DNA from: Daphnia carinata
Taxonomy: Eukaryota
DNA: 64,000 nucleotides
Direction of reading: 5' to 3'
Assembly (NCBI RefSeq): GCF_022539665.2
Contig: NC_081332.1
Span: 3,472,001 to 3,536,000, forward strand
The notes beneath the pieces are model-generated. The model searched no databases, had not been told where the DNA came from, and saw nothing but the letters and a program-made list of their open reading frames with translations. Below, in pieces: positions 1 to 14,405 of the stretch. The position numbers were made by a program, and so were the translations under genes. Positions within the stretch are counted from its first letter, which is position 1; each line of letters starts with the position of its first letter.

Positions 1-876
1 GATTCCATCATGAATCTATAGGTTAATCAAACAATATTAGCAATTAAACTTTGAAACATAATACCGAGAGCAATTCTAAAATCCATTTTACTAATTGCTT
101 TGGAGAAAATTATCGCAAAGCACAATAGGGATTCATCGCTAAAGTTTTGCATTAAATGGACGAAGAAAATTTTTCTTTACCTGCTTTTACTGTCAGCGCA
201 CTACAGTTTAATGAACAGCTTCTGACTTTCCGTGATTGCTTCATTTACGTTTTCCGGTAACATCCACGTTGGTCGTTGGGGGTGTATCGATATTTGAGAA
301 GGCAAAGCCACCTCATCATTCCGTGACAAATCGAAAGATTTCTAAGCATGTCATACAATCCTTTAGTTTAAACGTGATTTGTTCTTCCTACTGACTGGAA
401 ATAATTATATCTGATACGTTTGTGCGACGCGTCCTTGGTATGAAATCTATACACTCTAATTGTGTCAAAACATCGCAGTTAAAAGAATTTTTTGTTTACC
501 CAAAGTTGCACTACAAAATCTCTATTTACACGAGCATCATTTTGTATAGCAATTGGAGAAAAATGAGAGAAACCAAGATTTGTCACCGGAATTTTAATCT
601 ATTATTAATTAAATTTTGGTTTATCCCATCAGCGTGTTTATTACGAACATTGAATTAACTTGTTTATACGAAGCGTTTTTCCCGTTTCCGGAGAAAAAGT
701 ATAGCGCAGAACAGAATTGATTATTTGCATCGAAAATAAAAACAAAACTTATGTAAACTGAATTAGGCAGATCAGTGTATTTTTTGGGCTATGTACTATT
801 GCCGTTCACTTTATTGGATTAATATATTTAAATTTGTATTAGATGTAGGGAAGAGAAGCCTCCTGTTCCATGGATA

Positions 877-2387
877 CTATGGGAGTGCGTAATCTATAGT
901 TTGAATTCCAATTTGGTAAATTATCATACCACCATCTGCCGTATGCTCGACCTAAATCATTGACAAATAATTGATATTTTGAATCATTACAGAAAAAAAT
1001 TGGATTAACAATCGAGCCTTACTTCTGTGGACAACCATTTTGTCCTACCGATGTCGACCTTCGAACAATCATCAAAAAGTTTACTTGCAGCCTATTGAAA
1101 AGTAAGTGATTAGTTGCTGATTAAAAAGTCATCTTTTAGTTGGTCTAGTATTCCAAAATACCTCATCAATAAAGTGTCCAATTTTTTTTTCTGCTGATCT
1201 TGTCGCATTGTCGTGCATGCTTACCTACAGTAGATAATGTTAACTCTATAAGCTACGATATAATGCAAATGAACATTTCCTACCGGTCTCGGAACTCCAG
1301 CATGCTGCTGAAGGTACACTCCAGCAAGCTTGTGTAATCGATGGCCACAGGTTAATTGATCATTCTGTACATTTTGCAATTGCTTTTGCGCTGCCTGTAT
1401 TTCTATTATTCCCGGAGCTACATACCGAGCAGGCTCCGATACTGGAATTGGGATAGTTTTTTCCGTTGTCACCTGGGTTATTGTGTTCGATGTTATTTCT
1501 TCCGGAGTAACATTATTAACTCCGGTACTTAATATTGATTGAATTGTAACGTTTTGTTTTTCCGGTGGTGTTGTTGCTACAAGTACGATAGGTTGCACGA
1601 CAGGAACAGGTTGCGGGGTAGTGACAGGTTCCGAGACAGCAACAGTTTGCACCATAGGATCAGTTTGCACGACCGGGACAGGTTGTGGCACAGGAATAGG
1701 TTGCGGATCAGGGACAGGTTGCGGGACAGAGACTGTTTGTACCACAGGATAAGTTTGCACGACTGGGACAGGTTGTGGAACAGGGACGGGTTGCGGGACA
1801 AGGATAGGTTGCGGGACAGGTTGCATGACAGGGGTAGATTGCGTGATGGGGACAGGCTGTGTTACAGGAACAGTTTGCACGACTGGGACAGGTACGTTTA
1901 GTGGAACGGCCTGTGCCTTGCCTGGCGAAAATGCTGTGCATTCTTGGTCGCACTGCTCTTTTGTTTTAAAATTGTTTTTTGTACCACTACAGCTTCCGTA
2001 GGGTGATATTGCGCATTGTTCAGTTTGTATGTTGTAATACCAAGCTGTTTCCGTCTTGATGCATCCTGGAACCTCGTGCGTTACATTACATTTACCTGCA
2101 AGGCAATAAAATCAATAGGAAAAATAACAATAGAGAATCCAGCGACATACGTAAACCTATGTTGATTGCTTACCGTTCCATATTTCTTCTTCTCCTGCTA
2201 CGTAATTCAGATAGCCCACGGGGTTCATTCTACCGCGAGCTTCTGGAGGGGAACCAAATCTACTCACCGGATATAGAGTTCTGTTGACGTACCACTGCTC
2301 GTAGGGAACCTTTGATTGACATAAACTTGGGGTGACCAAAAGCAACAGAAGACCTAGCGTCGTGCTTCCCAATGTAAATTCCATCAT
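877..2387 (-). CDS. Secreted protein: signal peptide, one Kunitz/BPTI domain, Pro/Val/Gln-rich repeat stalk, unknown C-terminal domain (5 exons)
   Basis: ATG at 2387 then hydrophobic TLGLLLLLVTPSLC. Phase-1 intron 2173-2096 joins into GKCNVTHEVPGCIKTETAWYYNIQTEQCAISPYGSCSGTKNNFKTKEQCDQEC (exact Kunitz spacing C-x8-C-x15-C-x7-C-x12-C-x3-C, ~2090-1938). PQPVPV repeats follow, then three short in-frame exons ending ...QTIDYALP* (TAG 879-877). Confidence 0.85.
1590..1890 (-). repeat. Coding tandem repeat (PQPVPV / VVQT units)
   Basis: Repeated caggttgcgggacagg / gtttgcacgac motifs. These explain the spurious overlapping DRL-repeat ORF on the + strand. Confidence 0.9.
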
Positions 2388-4302
2388 GGATCTTGCTGCT
2401 CGTTGAACAAGTAAAGCACAACAATATAAAAAAAAATGGAGGAAGTTCAAATTATGCTTTTTTGTTTGTGCAACTGAAAAGGTGGAGCGGAAAAGGTATA
2501 CATGACGAAAAGTTCTACTTTTTTGTACTTACAAGTTTTCCTTGTTCAAGTGCCTTAGTCTCCAGTCAAACAGCTTATGACTGCTTTCTTAAGGTTTCTG
2601 CCTGTTTAATATCTTTAACCAATAATTATTTTGTAAATTTTTTATTTGATTAATTTAGATAAACAACGTCAGCAATAACGTGACAACTAGAATTTTTTTA
2701 ACGAAATGTATCGCGTGTGAACGTGATTTTTTTTCTTCTTCTTGACCTGAAACCGTTGCAAGTGGTATGACGTCAGTGGTGTCAAAAACTTGCGAGGTCG
2801 GTAGAATTGCTTTTTACTTATGGTTTCGTAAAAATTTTCAAATATATCTCGCAGAGGTTTATTGCCCGCATTCTAATAGGAACACCTTGAAAATGATTTC
2901 GCTACCCGTGAGCAGGTGATTCTGACTTAGGTTTCAGTAAGCTACGTGGTAGGAACAGATAATCGGAATACGCAAATCTTATTCCGTCGCTTTTATTCCG
3001 CCCCTGACATCATCCAGCAACCATATTTTCCTTATATCGCAGCAAGCTGACTGTTTACCTTTGGCCACGGCCTGCAGAAAAAGACCAAAGGAAACAGGTA
3101 TGATGCCCACATAGATACGTTATTGAATCTTCCAATTCTTCGACTAATTATGCGTTCATTTCTAACTTCTTTAAACATTTTTTTTTACTGGGCATTAACT
3201 TCGGCTGTACCGCCCCGACATTTTACCTTAGTCTGGCAACTCACTAGACTAATAAGATGGGTATAGAAACCCTTTCCAATTAAGATTTCATTAGTTGGAA
3301 AAGGAGGGCAACTTTGTTGCGTTCGTTAAACTGGGAAAAGTGTATAGATAATTCCACCATGTACTTTCTTCCGTTTTATTTTGAAGAAAGAAAATTTTTA
3401 GCTTTCTCATGAAAAAAAAACAAAAAAACTTTCACGTATTTTGTGGTACCGTTACTCAAATCCTGTGTGATTGAAGTCTCCAGCAATGGACTTTGCAAGA
3501 AACTTTCTAAGAGTATTGACTGGAAATTTTAAAGTAAATCTATAATAGAAAATGGCTGCCTTCGGAACTCATATATTCAGTAAATGTCGTAGCTTCTGTT
3601 TGCAATAATTTTTTAGTGTCTCAACCCAAGGAATCGTTCGAGATCTACCTTAAGTTAAAACCAAAATTAATTTTGTTACAAATTTGTTAACAATTGCTAA
3701 TTTTGTTTGCAAAATGAAAAATGTTTTCTTTGTTTCTTTAGTGTAAAAAAATATCTGATTGTTGGTTACTGATCTTCCATAATGTAAGTATGGAGGTGGC
3801 GGATGGCCTACTTATTTATTTGTTTTTATATGTTTTTTAATAATTTTGTTTCTTTTATTTTTCTCTTTTTGTTTTATTTTTATGTTCAACCAGAGTCAGC
3901 ACTCAGCAGTCAGGTACGGCGAAAAAATGCGAATGAATGTATGGCAGAACGGCAATGTGGCACGATGGTGGTTTAGTTATTGAGTGGGCGTGACCCAAAT
4001 CTTCGTATCAGGAGACGTTTCTGACACCAAAAAGAGTGATATTTTCAATCAAAAGAAAGCTAAACTCATTACAGCTTTAAGTGAGGCACCCTTGTGTGCA
4101 GGTATCTAGGTTTCACCAGAAGCCTCCCTCTTAAGATTTTCGGCGGGACTTTAGTAGTGCTACCAATACCAACATGCCTCATCTTTGTTTATAGTCGCAT
4201 TTCATCGATCGTGTCGCGCAGGTGCCCTATATTCCTTCTGCTATAAAGTTTATTTTATTAAGTGTGGAAGTGTATTTATTGTTAATTTTTAGTTAGTTTG
4301 AA

Positions 4303-6541
4303 ATGGAAGAAGAAAATGGATACTCAACTAATACCCAAATTTATGAAATTTGCCATACTTGCAACAACCAGAAGAAGAAAGGTGAATATCAACTCGTCAT
4401 TCAAGAGTCAACTGAATCAGGTGTAGCCCAAGGCCAAACAATTAACAAAGAAAAGGTTAAAGCAAGCTTAACAAATCCGTTTAGCAACAAATTGCACAAT
4501 TTCAAACAGATCTTCGAAAGCACCAAAAACAACAGCTCTAGCACAGAATGCCTGGAAAAGAAAGGGCTCTTGCAAAGGATGCACAGCCTCTCTCTAATCA
4601 AGTCTAAGGAAAAAATAACATGTCCAGTTAGTCAAAAGCTTCCAATATGTCAATGTGACAGTGGGATAGCTGAAAATACTGACACAAGGTTTCACACTTG
4701 GCCGGAAAGAGGGAGGGACAAAGTGAAAAGTCCTAAGAAGACTTCAGTAGAAACTCACAAAGAAGTAGAAGATTGCATTCCGGATGATGTTTTCCAGGAA
4801 GAATTGCCAGTTCTACAGGAGCCCTACTCTAAACAACTAAAATTTATTCAAACTGAAGTGATTAAGGATGAACAACTCTTCAAGAAAGATATGGGACATA
4901 GAAGACAACCTAGCTTGCTTAGTACTGTAAGCAGCACAGGAAGTGAAGCTCATTTGCCATTGATGCCATTGAATAGCAACCCTCATTCACACACAAGTTT
5001 GTCAAGCTTGAGTAACTATAGCTCATCCACTGACTTTACTGAACACACAAATTCTTTGGAACGTTCTTGCGAACCTCCCCGATTTGGACTTGCTTCATTT
5101 TGGCAGCGGGCATTTAATCGCAAATCAGAGAGCGATAACTCGGCGTCGTGGAAACTCTTTAGCCGAACAAGTTTTTTCCAAAAGTCGCGGAGTGGCCAGA
5201 GCAGTTGCAGTAGTCTCAACAGCGGTAGCAGCCCGACTTTGAAGGCAAGAAGTATTGGTTCTACTGGCTTAATTCTACATAGCCGTCCTTCGTTCCTGCC
5301 GGCAAAATGCCCAGAAGAGGAGCTTCATCACCAGTTCTTACATCATAAACTGTTAGAAGAATCCCAGCGTAGAGAACAAACAAAGATTCAAGTACGGTAG
5401 CGCTCCATCTTTTATGACCATATTGTGTGTTTTATTTATTGACTTGATCAGGAAGAAGAAAAGCGGTTAGAAGAACTGTCCAAACAAGAAGAGCAAGTTG
5501 CCGCTGCCACTAAAGTCTGGACAACAGAAATTCTGCCACAATGGGAGGTTGCCCGTAAATTGCGCAAAACCCGAGACCTTTGGTGGCAAGGACTTCCACC
5601 TTCCGTTCGGGGGCAGGTGTGGAAGGTCTCCATTGGCAATGACCTTAACGTTACTCCTGAACTGTTCTCGCTATGTCTTGAACGGGCGAAAGAGAAACTG
5701 ATCCATTCGGACGGCGTAGGGTTAGAGAGCAGTGTTGAAGGGATCAAATTAGATTTGTCCAGGACTTTCCCTCATTTAGGTATATTTCAAAAAGGAGGGC
5801 CCTACCATCACGTTCTTGGCGATCTGCTGAGCGCTTACGTTTGCTTTCGACCAGATATTGGATACGTTCAAGTATATTAGTACAGTTGTATTGGTTATTA
5901 TCTGTTTGTTCTTGGTTGACATACTTCTCATTATTTTTAGGGGATGTCCTATCTTGCTGCGACGCTCTTGCTCAATCTTGAAGTTTCAGATGCCTTCATC
6001 AGTTTTTCCAACCTCCTCAACCGTCCGCTGTTGCATGCTTTCTTCCGTCTGGATCATGCTAAAATGGCTGATTTCTACGCCGGTTTTGAAACCCTGCTCA
6101 AAACTCAGCTGCCCAAAATCCATTCGCACTTTCTAACGCTGAACCTCACACCAGATCTGTACCTCCAAGAATGGATTTACACTCTCTACTCTCGTTCATT
6201 GCCCCTTGATCTTGCCTCTAGAGTCTGGGATGTATATTGTAGAGATGGAGACGACGTGATATTCCGAATAGCAATTGGTATATTTCTCATTGGGAAATTC
6301 ATGTTTGGAACATTCGCGTAATTGTGTATTATACTTTCATTTTGTAGGAATATTGAAGTTGTACGAGTCTACGTTACTGGACTCGGACTTTATCCATTCC
6401 GCACAGTTACTGACCAATCTACCTGAAGACATAGATGGGATCAAGCTCTTCAAAACAATCGAACAAATAAGTGCTTGCCAAGAAAAATCTCGTTTTACAC
6501 AAATACTAACTCATCACTTTAAAGTGAAAGGGCATACGTAA
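4303..6541 (+). CDS. TBC1D14: TBC-domain Rab GTPase-activating protein, TBC1D12/TBC1D14-like (exons ~4303-5391, 5452-5871, 5941-6277, 6348-6541)
   Basis: [16 protein letters not shown]-finger [11 protein letters not shown]-finger YVQ|GMS split by an intron, [15 protein letters not shown] introns keep the frame. TBC1D12 versus TBC1D14 cannot be resolved by eye. Confidence 0.88.
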
Positions 6542-7421
6542 TTCAAATAACGTCACAACCTCAAGAGATTGGTAATGCTAAGCTTGTACTCAAATTAGTG
6601 TCTTCCGTCAAATACTCTATGATTGACGTTGAAAATACTATAAATGTCAATCGTTCAACTGTAAAAAATGTTATTTTTCAGAAGTGTTTATGTTTGTATC
6701 AATTCGCTTGAATTTTTTAAATGTAACGTTTGTACTGATATACGATCATGTTGCGTCAACAGCTATGATCGGCAATGGGTTTTAGACAGCAACTGTCTCT
6801 ATAGGCCATTCAAAATCCTGGTCGGGCATACCATTAAGATGGGTTGGTTTTCTGTCCGGTCTATTTACCTAATACATGAATTTCATCACCTATTGCCTAT
6901 GTAAAATATTATTATCGACCACTGAATCACTACGCGGCTTGCTATACAGAAAAAGTGCCTTACAACGACAAAGAAGGAGATTCACTGGGAATTTAACAAA
7001 AATATTTTATAGTGCTCGGAAATCGTTAGGTATATATTTTACTATTATGCAGTTTTTGTTCCGTTCATTTTTCAAGTTTAGTACGCAACACAGCATAGAA
7101 ATCCATAAATCTATTTGACACCAGTGCAACTTCAACGTTATAAGGATGTTCTGCGCTTTCCGTTTACTTTACGATTTGAGTATTTATATTTCGCGGGTTT
7201 GGCTTGAATCGATTCTTAGTCATCGGTTGTTCCCACGATGCGATATCTTATATTCGATAACGATAATAAAGTCTGTCATATGACTGACAGAACCCGTGAC
7301 TCGAGCCCTATTCGTTTTAGAAGTTCGTCTCTCGACTCCCGAACGAGTTCTTTTCAGGTTCTGCCGAAGTTCAGTACTTGATTTCCGTATTTCCAATAAG
7401 TCTGGAAAACCGAAACAGAAA

Positions 7422-9319
<1,898 letters not shown>

Positions 9320-10051
9320 GCAAAAGAAGTCAGTATCCCCGAAGTGGCGCTGGCTGGCTAGATAATGATTCCCTATCCGCAATCGCGTCCTTTCAATAAT
9401 TCCATTCTTTAATTGTACTGATCGGTGGGAATTTTTTCATTAATCCATTGAAAGTAGCGAACAATTTGGTGTTCAGTTCTAGTTTTGAGATGGACTTGTT
9501 GCCAATGTGAAACCTTGATGTGCTCTGGAAAGTTTGTCCTGTTTTTTTTTTTGTGTTTTATTATTTTCTTTTTTTTTTGTTAAATACATTAAATGTCTAT
9601 CCATCTTTAGAATTCTCTTTTATCTAATTTCGAATAATTTTAGAAATCGACAATTTTAGTATACTTTGATTATATTTAATCAAACAGGTACATTAACATG
9701 CAAGGAAAGAGGGAAGAAAAAACCGAAGACTACAGCGTTCTAGACATGACTCGGTTTTTAGATTTTAGAAATCACGAAAATGGATTTTGTTCTTCCGTGG
9801 AATTCATGTTTTTTTAATAATCTTAAAGATTTTTAAGCCCGTGTTCTTTGGTTAATTTTGAATCAGAATCATGTATAGTTATCTAGATTTCATGATATTA
9901 TTTTTTAATAGGACAAAATTTTAGGCCCGACAAAATAAGCCCAATAAAATAAGCCCGACTTTTAGTGTTCACGGTTAATTCAAAAACTGTATGCCCAATG
10001 TCAAAATAAACATGATATTCGTAATCAGCGATGAATTCTGAATCGATATAA

Positions 10052-10160
10052 CGTATTTTTAACCAAATCTAGAATTTGACAAAAATTGAAAAAGCAAGAA
10101 GGCTATAGCCTTCTCACTTTTTCAATTTTTGTCAAAATTTCAAATTTGGCTTAAAATACG
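10052..10160. repeat. ~110 bp loopless imperfect palindrome
   Basis: cgtatttttaaccaaatctagaatttgacaaaaattgaaaaagcaagaaggcta|tagccttctcactttttcaatttttgtcaaaatttcaaatttggcttaaaatacg, centre 10105/10106. Confidence 0.9.
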
Positions 10161-13100
10161 CATGTCCCGAAAGAAACTAACAAATCCAATGAGGAACGAA
10201 CAGCCCACAGGGTGTCGAAGAGGAACACGTAGTCAAGCCAATCGTTCTCGCCGATCAACCATATAAGGATAGTCGTCTTAAAAGTTCCTGGTTTACTAAA
10301 TCCAAAGTTGGTAAAAGACTGAAAGATTTAGTTTCTTTTTCAATAATGACGGTCTGCCAAGAAGCAAGGCTCAGTGACATCGGGGACGAAAAGGCTAAAA
10401 ACCATCAACTTGTTGAAAAAAAAACAGACAACTTAGACAAGTTTCAGGGGCATGTTAGATCGCTCATGCGGATAGTGGAAGGATACACTGCTCATCTTTT
10501 CAAGTATTTGAAACTCCATGGTGGTCATGCACAAAAAAGCAATAAATAAGGTAACTACATATATTATACATGTTGCATATTGTGCATACTGTTGCACGAT
10601 GAAGAACTCTGATGGAGAAGCTACATGTTACCAATCAGTTGCTGAAATAGGAGAAACTTTGATGAATGGTTTTTGTCATCAAGCTGTTGGTAATTGAGCT
10701 AAGGACATTCAAAGTGCTGCTGTTTTCTAATTTGTACCATAGGACTTTCCACACCAGCTTCTGGTCTTCCTATTCTATAAGTCTGGCTGATAGGATGGTA
10801 GAAACAGCAAGTAAGCAACCAAGTTTTTAATATTGTACTTCAAAAAAGTATTGAAACAAATCTTTTAGGAAACAGTGTGTTGAGTGTAGTGGCTAAGAAC
10901 CTTTTCAACCATGGGGTGATAACTGGGATGTCATAAGTGTACTGTGTCAACTCTCGACCTGATTTTTCATTGCTGATTTCCATGTTTGGATCTGGATGAG
11001 CTAGTCGCTTAGCCAAGCCTTTCTCTTCATCCATAACTTTTAAGGAAATTTTGTCTCCAAACCAAATAGGTTTTTCTAGGTATGCAATGTGGCTTCATTA
11101 CATAACCTGGTATTATGTTGTCCAAAAAGAAGCCTAGTACTCCTGCTGTGCTCATGCTCATGAGAACAGTGACTATCTAACTGAAGATATGCAATCGCCT
11201 GTAAAACCGTCAAGATGGGCTTTCATCCATTGTGAACGGGAAGGTATGGAAACGATCTTCTCTGAAGTTTATCAGTAACACCATGATTTTATTTTAGTGA
11301 GAATTCTTTCATCAGATAAATTTTTCAACTCTAACTTCTACCGTTTATTCATTATTAGTTTTTCTTTATTACTGTTAATTTTTCCTTTGATTATGCCATA
11401 ATAGTTTTCTTTCATTTGCATTGTAGGAAAGTGAACTATCATGGGGTGTGATCTTCATATCAAGGGATGCTGTGTGTGTCCTCTCAGTGACCCTAGATCA
11501 ATACTGAGGGGATCTAATAAAGGGCTGTATAATGGTTGCAGAAAAACGAGCCATTTGCTACAATTACGTGCAGGTTATCTTAACAGCATTTTTCCATTGG
11601 AATTTCGGCCCATATTGTCTAGGTCGAACACATGGCTGGTTACCTGATGCTTGATAAATTAATTTCTTTATCTGTTGCACAGGAATTGTGGATATCAAAA
11701 GACAGCTGCTGAATGTATCTGTAAGATGTGGCCTAGTACTTACCACATTCATATCATATTGATCCTTACTTTACTAATAGCATTAATGGACAGTTGGATC
11801 AGATGTAAGGCAAGCAATGTTACAGGAATTTTTTCTTATAGGATGAATTTCAATTTTTTTCTTTTACAGAAGTGTTGATCAAAGTTATCTCGTTGACTTT
11901 GTGGAACATTCGGGTTTGACGTTAAACTTATCCGAAGCGAGTGTGATTAAGAACAAGAAAATCACGGGCAAGAAAGATTGTGCAGCATGCAATGGCTTAT
12001 TAGCAGATTTCTTTCGATACCGTTGTCTTTTACCGTCGTTTTTATACCGTCATGTAGTTATTAACTCTGCTGTTGCCCGGTTTCGGAATTTTATAGCACG
12101 TCGTTCCCTGTCGAAATTGTCTGCTTCGTGCTGAGAACCTGTATTCGCGAAAAATACCTTGTCATCGTTGTTTTGTCATAGGTAGTTGTGTAGAAAGGGC
12201 ATGTAGGTAACGAAATATTTTAGAAATAATATTATTACCCGGATACAAGTTAAATTATATTCGTCAATTTGAAAAATTTTTTATGATGCTTGATACCAAA
12301 TTAACATGATTTCCAAGAATAATTTGTATTTCCATGCAGAAGTACCAGAGTAATGTGACAAACATTCACAACGGTGATTACTCTTCACAGAGCTAACATT
12401 TAGTATGCTACTATTATATGTTTTATAAATTTAGTTATAATTTAATTCAGCTTTTTATTTAGTGGAATATAATTTATTTCAGTTTTTCTGATGCAGTTTG
12501 GAAGCCACTTGGAGTAAACTTTTCGTCAGGTACTCACAAAAACAGATTGGCAAATCTAACAAAAGGTATGCAATGGGTAACAATTTTATTACAGTTAGAA
12601 TTAGTTTTTCCTAACATACATTTCGAACTCATTTTTGACACAGTTAACATATACTCGCATTACATGAGGATGGGTGAGATTTTGTTCCAGGAATTTCAGG
12701 CGTTGCGACTGAAAGATTGGCGAGCCAAAGGACGCCCTGCCCTGTTTACCACAGCGTTGAAGGATTGATGTATCCACTGCCAAATCGCCACAGCTGGAAC
12801 GTTTGTATCGGCGACAAGCACCCACCAGCAGCAGACGAAATCCGAAGTGTGTGTACGTGCGCGTGTGACTCGTTTGACAACATCGTAACTCTCGAGCGAA
12901 AAGCGAGTATTTCGAGATTATTGTTGAAGTTGTGGGCAGTTCTTGGTCCATGTGTGATTCAACGTAAAGGTATGTGCAGCTTTCAATCGCCCAGTTTCTT
13001 GCTTTCCCATATTTCTTTTAACAGTTTGACACTTTCGACGTAAACACCCCGAGGAAAAGACGTCTTGCATTAAGTTGTTGAAAGTGTGGGTGAAGGACCG

Positions 13101-13669
13101 ATTTTTGTAGCGTCATCCAAAGCTATTAGCAATGCTGTTGGATGTCAGAATCATTTACCTTATTGCCTAGACTTTCATTGCCTTCTAAAATCGTCTGCTC
13201 GACGAAACTCTATTTGCAAAAATGCTTAAGTATCTTTCAGTGTTACTCCTGTTGAAGCCGAGGCGAATAGCTGAAACGCAAGTATCATTTCATCTCTTTT
13301 TTGCCTCATCATTGTACGGAAACTATGTTGGTAACTCTTTGTTTTGCGTTTTTGTGTTTTGTTAAAACTTCACATATCATTTTCAAGTGAAATTTTTATT
13401 TGTTTTTAGGTAGCTGTACGGATGTGTAAAGAATGGTGGTTGCAGGTCATGAGAGCCATTCCTTTATACAATACCTTTCCATTTTTATTGCTTTAATTTT
13501 TGTCATTTTAGCCGCTGAATGTAGCTGGAACAGAACACATTGGAATTTTAACGTCAAGACATCTGGCTGGTTGGACGATTAAACATCCCTCTGTGGGGAC
13601 ACAGACATTGCGTCTAGTTTTTATCTGTAGATTATTTCTGAGATAATAACTTTGTCACCAACACCGTGA

Positions 13670-14405
13670 CTTTGATAACCAGCAGTTGAACAGCCTTTCA
13701 ATTCCAAACAAAAGGAGTCATGGTAATTGTATGTTTTGTATACATTTCTGTATAAACTATCACTTATCTAGATTTACTCAATTGACATGACACTATATGG
13801 CTGGCATTGGAGTAGATAATGCTGTTCATATGCAGAATATGTCACTGAGAAGGGGTTCTATTATGGTAGGAGTACCATGTTTTACTACAGGCTGACCAGA
13901 ATCACAAACACATTGATTGAAAACTATCATCAGTTTCAACAATTGGTACGTAAAATAGTAATAATACAAAATTGTAATAATATTCAAATTGTTGTTATTA
14001 TTGTTGGGAAAAAACGACAATTTATAATATAAATTATTATTTTTTTAACAGGTTAAAAACCATTTTCTAGGATGCTTAAAGTATATTATATATAGTTATG
14101 AATTCATGTTATCCCACCAAATTGAAAATAATTGTACTAATTTTTATCTACCTTTGTCGAAGCTTTGTAAACGATAGGTTATTATAGACATAGACAAACA
14201 TACACAGACTGACACTGTAGCTTCGATAACTAGCAGTTGAACAGCTTCTCAATTTAATCGACAGGAGTTGCGGTAATTATGTTTTGTACACTTTTCTGCA
14301 TAACCTGTCATTTATCTAGATTAATTTATTGCCAACATTTTATATGGCTGGTGTTGGAGTGATGCTGTACAAAGTATTGTGTTTTAGGATAGACTGACCA
14401 GAATC
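13670..14405 (+). repeat. Diverged direct duplication (~13670-13905 and ~14220-14405)
   Basis: Both copies share gataac.agcagttgaacagc ... ggtaatt.tgttttgta.a ... ttatctagatt ... tatggctgg..ttggagt ... ctgaccagaatca. Confidence 0.8.

Noticed and set aside
180..350. Minus-strand exon-like segment or C/D-box-like ATGATGA...CTGA
   Set aside because: A donor is present near 180 but there is no recognisable protein, terminal stem or guide. It may be a UTR exon of a gene outside the window.
1539..1901. + strand 120 aa DRL-repeat ORF
   Set aside because: Antisense shadow of the PQPV coding repeat.
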